Source of the DNA: Antedon mediterranea
Lineage: Eukaryota > Animalia > Echinodermata
Direction of reading: 5' to 3'
NCBI RefSeq assembly: GCF_964355755.1
Contig: NC_092670.1
Coordinates: 19,392,795-19,456,794 of the forward strand
Length of the DNA stretch: 64,000 nucleotides
Position numbers and translations under genes: made by a program
Shown here: piece by piece, positions 59,858 to 64,000 of the stretch
Layout of the letters: the number at the start of each line of letters is the position of its first letter
Position numbering within the stretch: position 1 is the stretch's first letter
Notes under the pieces: model-generated
Seen by the model: only the letters and a program-made list of their open reading frames with translations
Database searches by the model: none
Told to the model about the DNA's origin: nothing

Positions 59858-60393
59858 CTGTAAAATATAAAAACGTATGATATTTAGTTTTATCAAGAAA
59901 CATGTGTAGACCTAAGGTAAAAATCTAAATACTTATGTAAACATATTAAGAATCTAAATTTCTAAACATAAAAAATATATTCATGATTCATTGTATATCA
60001 GAACAGAGAGAACATAGGCCATGATCTTTGTTAGCTTAACTTCATACTTGTTTAAACATTTCCCACAGTCATATCCTTTATTTCTTAGAATTACTTATAT
60101 GAAGTCAAACACAATGAAATCCAGTGATTGCTTTAAGTTGATGGTTAACATGATTGCTTAATATAACAATCCAATATCCTCTTGTAAATTAGAAGGGCCC
60201 AACTGTGGAAATTCTAAAGACTTGGGAGACCTTTTAATCAGAAAAGGAATCTATTCTATAAAAATAAATATACATAATATTTTTATACTTAAAAAGGAGA
60301 TTAAAAACAAGACATCGTTGTTCTCAAACTTTTTTTTTAAATAAATAGTTAGTAATACCTTTTTCATATAGTATGCAATTCTAATTTTAAAAT

Positions 60394-60660
60394 AGTAGTA
60401 AACCTCTGGGACACCTTCAGGCCGAACAAACAGTTTCCTTAATAGGGGTGTCTCCTGAATAGAGGTTTGCTGCAATGGTGAAACATATTTCCCCTTGTTT
60501 ATGTCACAAGTGTCTCCGTTCACTTAATAATAGGGGTATCCCCTGAATGGAGGTTGGTCATAGCGTTAAATCCTTATTTCCCCTTCTTCTTTTCACAACA
60601 AAATTTCCCCTTAACACGGATGTCCTCTGATTAGGTGTCCCGAAGGAAGTGTTTTACTGT
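60394..60660. mobile_element. Tc1/mariner-like (CAGT-type) MITE, degenerate
   Basis: AGTAAACCTCTGGGACACC...internal GGGGTGTCTCCTGAATAGAGGTT repeats...GTTTTACTG|TA; similar remnant at ~57660-57775. Confidence 0.5.
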
Positions 60661-60855
60661 ATAAAGAATTTAATATCCTTTGAAAGACTGGCTTTAAAAA
60701 TACAATATAAATGTTAATATATTTTCCAACTTGACTGGTTTCTATTGATTTGTCTATTTTAATAATATAAAAGCCAATATAAAAATTTGAAAACACTTTT
60801 TTGTTAATTTAAGTTCCAGTATAAAAGATATTATATTCTACTCAAACTAGGTTAA

Positions 60856-61808
60856 AATGGACCTGAAATGGACTTTCGATTTTCAAGAAATTCACACATG
60901 TTATTTAAATGTATCAAATTAACACAAGCCCATACAAATAAAAAAAAATGTATAGTATTTTGAGAAAAAACGAAATTTTAAGATACCTTGGTAAATTAGC
61001 GAAAATTATTCACGCCATTGCAATATTCTATTTCAACGGCCGTCGGGAGCCTCTATATTCACGACGTCACATATACACACGACGATATCGAAAGCGTGTA
61101 TGCCGCCCCGATAGTCAGTGAATGATCGACGGCGGCCTGGAAAGATACGCGAAGCGTTGACACTAATACTAATTTATTCAATATCTAATGTTGTAGGTCC
61201 CTAAAATGTACTTTGTTTTTTCTAAAACACGAATTTAAAAGGCCTCCCTCCCAAACCTTTACTAGGCCTAGGCCTCCAGCGCGCGGAGTCGATCCACCAC
61301 CCACCACCACCCGAGGCTCCGTTTCATGTGTATCCAAGGACACATTTTAGCAGTATAAATTACAAACGATATACAAAATACACAAACGGAAAATATGGAT
61401 ACGCATCATTGCACACGGCGCTGTATCGCGGACAACGTTGCCAGGCTAACTTCGGTATTGCCAGAAAAAAATACGTTGATTTGAAGATTTTAAATCGTCA
61501 TTTACTCGATGAATAACAGTTTATACGGTAATAATTTTATCTAAAAAAATTCTAAATACGTTTCTGCAAATCCACAAGCATTTTTTAGAAAATACTCCAC
61601 AGATTTCAAGAGTTACAGCCAAAAAACTGCAAATTGTTCATTGGAGGGATAGGAATATATTCGCAAAGTGACGTCACCCGCAAATTTTTTTTAATTTTCA
61701 AATGGGGCTTTCCCCAAAAGGGCGAATTTATATTTATTATATACACCTAATAGCCCCCAAGACATCATTCTAAAATGAAAAAAATTGAAAATCCATTTCA
61801 GGTTCATT
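60856..61808. mobile_element. TTAA-flanked non-autonomous DNA transposon (Kolobok-like), ~950 bp
   Basis: TTAA|AATGGACCTGAAATGGACTTTCGATTTT ... AAAATTGAAAATCCATTTCAGGTTCATT|TTAA; CpG-rich interior. Confidence 0.8.
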
Positions 61809-61943
61809 TTAAAAGCATCTTTCTAACCTTGTTTCTACAGTCCTTTATTAACTGGCAATATAATATTCAATATAAAAGGTAGGGCACCTATTATATTTTC
61901 GATAAAATAGATTTTTCATTAACTAAAATGTGTGTTTATTTAG

Positions 61944-62258
61944 AGATGTATTTCCCCCTAAAAACATGAAAAATGAAGATTAATAAAATCAGACTTCGAA
62001 TAGACCATTTTACAGTTTTAATCAAGTTAATCACTTCCATAGGAAAAATTTTTTTTTTTTCAAAAAAAATAAATGGTTAAATTCAACCAAAAACCCATTG
62101 ACTTCCAGTCAATTTGACTATTTTTTGCATTAAATTACAGTTTTTTTAGGTAAATAATTTTTTTTCCAATTTTTGGTTATTGTGAATAACTGATATATGG
62201 CATCAAAATGGCATATTCAATCAAAAAAAAGTTTTTTGTTTCAGGGAGGAAAATATAT
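61944..62258. mobile_element. Degenerate MITE family B copy
   Basis: AGATGTATTTCCCCCTAAAAACATGAAAA matches the reverse complement of the right end of 4354-4608; shares ATGGTTAAATTCAA. Confidence 0.6.
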
Positions 62259-63029
62259 ATGAGACTGTTTTTTGTAGTATATTTCATGAACTATATTTTA
62301 AACATTCAATAAAACTATGGTTTACTTACATTTTTTCAAAATGGTTTTTCACAAATTATACATGACATAACGGTGTCTTTAGCATGATAAATTGTTTAAG
62401 ACACTCAAGCAATGTACTCCGTTAAATGTCATATAGTAGGTACATTATCTATCAATCTAATTCACACATGATCGAAACTCATGCACGTTTTCCAATTACG
62501 TTTAATTGACACGTTTGAAACACACGCGAGACCGTCGTTTACATACTCTACACTGTGTCAAACGTGCAATAATTACAGAATCAAACACGATTGTAGAGAA
62601 TTTACGGTTTTCTGGATGATTGACAACAAAAAATAAAAAGGTAAAAATGATTAGTAGATTCTGAGTCAATAACACATCAATAATGTACAGTAATGGGTGC
62701 AATTTATAGAAAAAATAATTTTACACGATTCATAAAGGGAACTGTATAAAGGGAAATTATAAGCATGATCTGGCAATAAATGGCGTAAGAGTTTAGACTG
62801 TACTAAAAGTGATACAGAATAATAAATAGGTGCTCTACATATGATAGCGTTTATACTCAGTGATACATCAGTTTTTATAAAGAAGAATTTGACATGATGC
62901 TCAAAAGTTCTATACACAAAAAAACGGAAATTATCAAAATTATAAGCACGATTTGGCTATTGGAGTAAGAATTTGGACCGAGGAACTGTACTAAAATTGT
63001 TACAGTATATAATATATATATAGGTATTT

Positions 63030-63690
63030 ATTCATAAAAAAAAACACATAAATAGTACAAACAGAAGGCAGCCCAACGGCTGAAAAATTCTGCAAACAAC
63101 GTACAAAGTAAAAATTTAAAAGACTCTAACAACAATATAATATATACAAGCACACAGTAAATCAGATCATTAAAAAGCCGTTAAAATACTTTAAAATGCC
63201 AAAAGACCCATATAAACCACAGCATGCGGTAATTACTAATTCGTTAATTATTATTAATGTTATAAACCTACAAGGTTTTAGTTTTAGAAGCTTCATTCAT
63301 TCTATCAATAATGTTAGGGATGGTAGAGCGTTTCCAACGATTGGTTTTACACAAGGGGGCATCCAACAAATTAACATTTCTCAAATTGTGACCGCGGTTA
63401 CGATAAGGGAGAAGCATGTATAACGATAGAGTTTAGAGAGTAGTAGCCCCTTCCCAAATTTCATCATCAAGTTATCTCTTCTGGCTTCAAGGGAACATAA
63501 TCCAGACATGGATAAAGCATTTTCATAACTGATGTACTTAGCACCGTAAATACATCTTAGAGCTCTCTTCTGTACCCTTTCAATTCTAGTACATTGGATA
63601 TTGGTTAATGAGCTATGCCACAATGGACACGCATATTCCAAAACTGGACGTGTGTACGTAGTAAAAACAGTTAACAGGTCGTTAGCAAAA
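63030..63690 (-). mobile_element. 5'-truncated CR1-group (CR1/L2/Crack/Daphne) LINE, ORF2 C-terminus plus 3' UTR
   Basis: DLLTVFTTYTRPVLEYACPLWHSSLT...IERVQKRALRCI...SYENALSMSGLCSLEARR, then frameshifted HNLRN...CKTNRWKRSTIP, typical of the post-RT region. Confidence 0.85.
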
Positions 63691-64000
63691 TATATGTATG
63701 TTACTGTAGATGTTCTTCATCAGATAGCATTTTAGATTCAGTCGATACATCAATAATAATGGGGGCGATTTATATACGAGAATTTTACAAGATCCGGAAG
63801 GGGACTAACTGCACATGATCTGGAAAGGAAATGATGCTAATTATAATATGAAAACTACATCAAACCATCTGAATATGTCTATATATATCACGCCTTTTAA
63901 AATACAAAGCAAAAATGGTTGTGGAGTATAAAGTAATGTACTGTTACTATCTACTTCCTCCTAAATGCTTGGAAGAGTCACTGGCCAGCATTAAATTATG

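Noticed and set aside
59860-64000. Upstream FAM20C exons
   Set aside because: No FAM20-like peptide found; the region is intronic with transposon fragments, so the gene presumably continues beyond the window.

Overview
AT-rich eukaryotic (animal, probably invertebrate deuterostome; organism is inference only) genomic window with spliceosomal GT-AG introns. Seven protein-coding genes were reconstructed by hand: an unrecognised 130-aa tail-anchored protein (-), RNPS1 (+), TEX2 (-), POLDIP3/SKAR (+), UBALD1/2 (-), a membrane-anchored JmjC/cupin protein (-) and the 3' five exons of FAM20C (-). The most striking non-coding feature is a ~7.4-kb foldback-like element (4977-12415) between two divergent genes. 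It has 32-bp TIRs built on a perfect 20-bp palindrome and two oppositely oriented arrays of a 106-bp unit that itself resembles the TIR. Its centre holds an 88-bp satellite, a Helentron/DINE-like insert and a minimal hammerhead-ribozyme-like motif. The window also carries a 2.1-kb Mutator-like element with a 9-bp TSD, several MITE families, a CR1-group LINE fragment and two related in-frame TEX2 microexons. No prokaryote-type systems (CRISPR, operons) were seen. All family assignments come from reading the sequence and recalled motifs, not from database searches.
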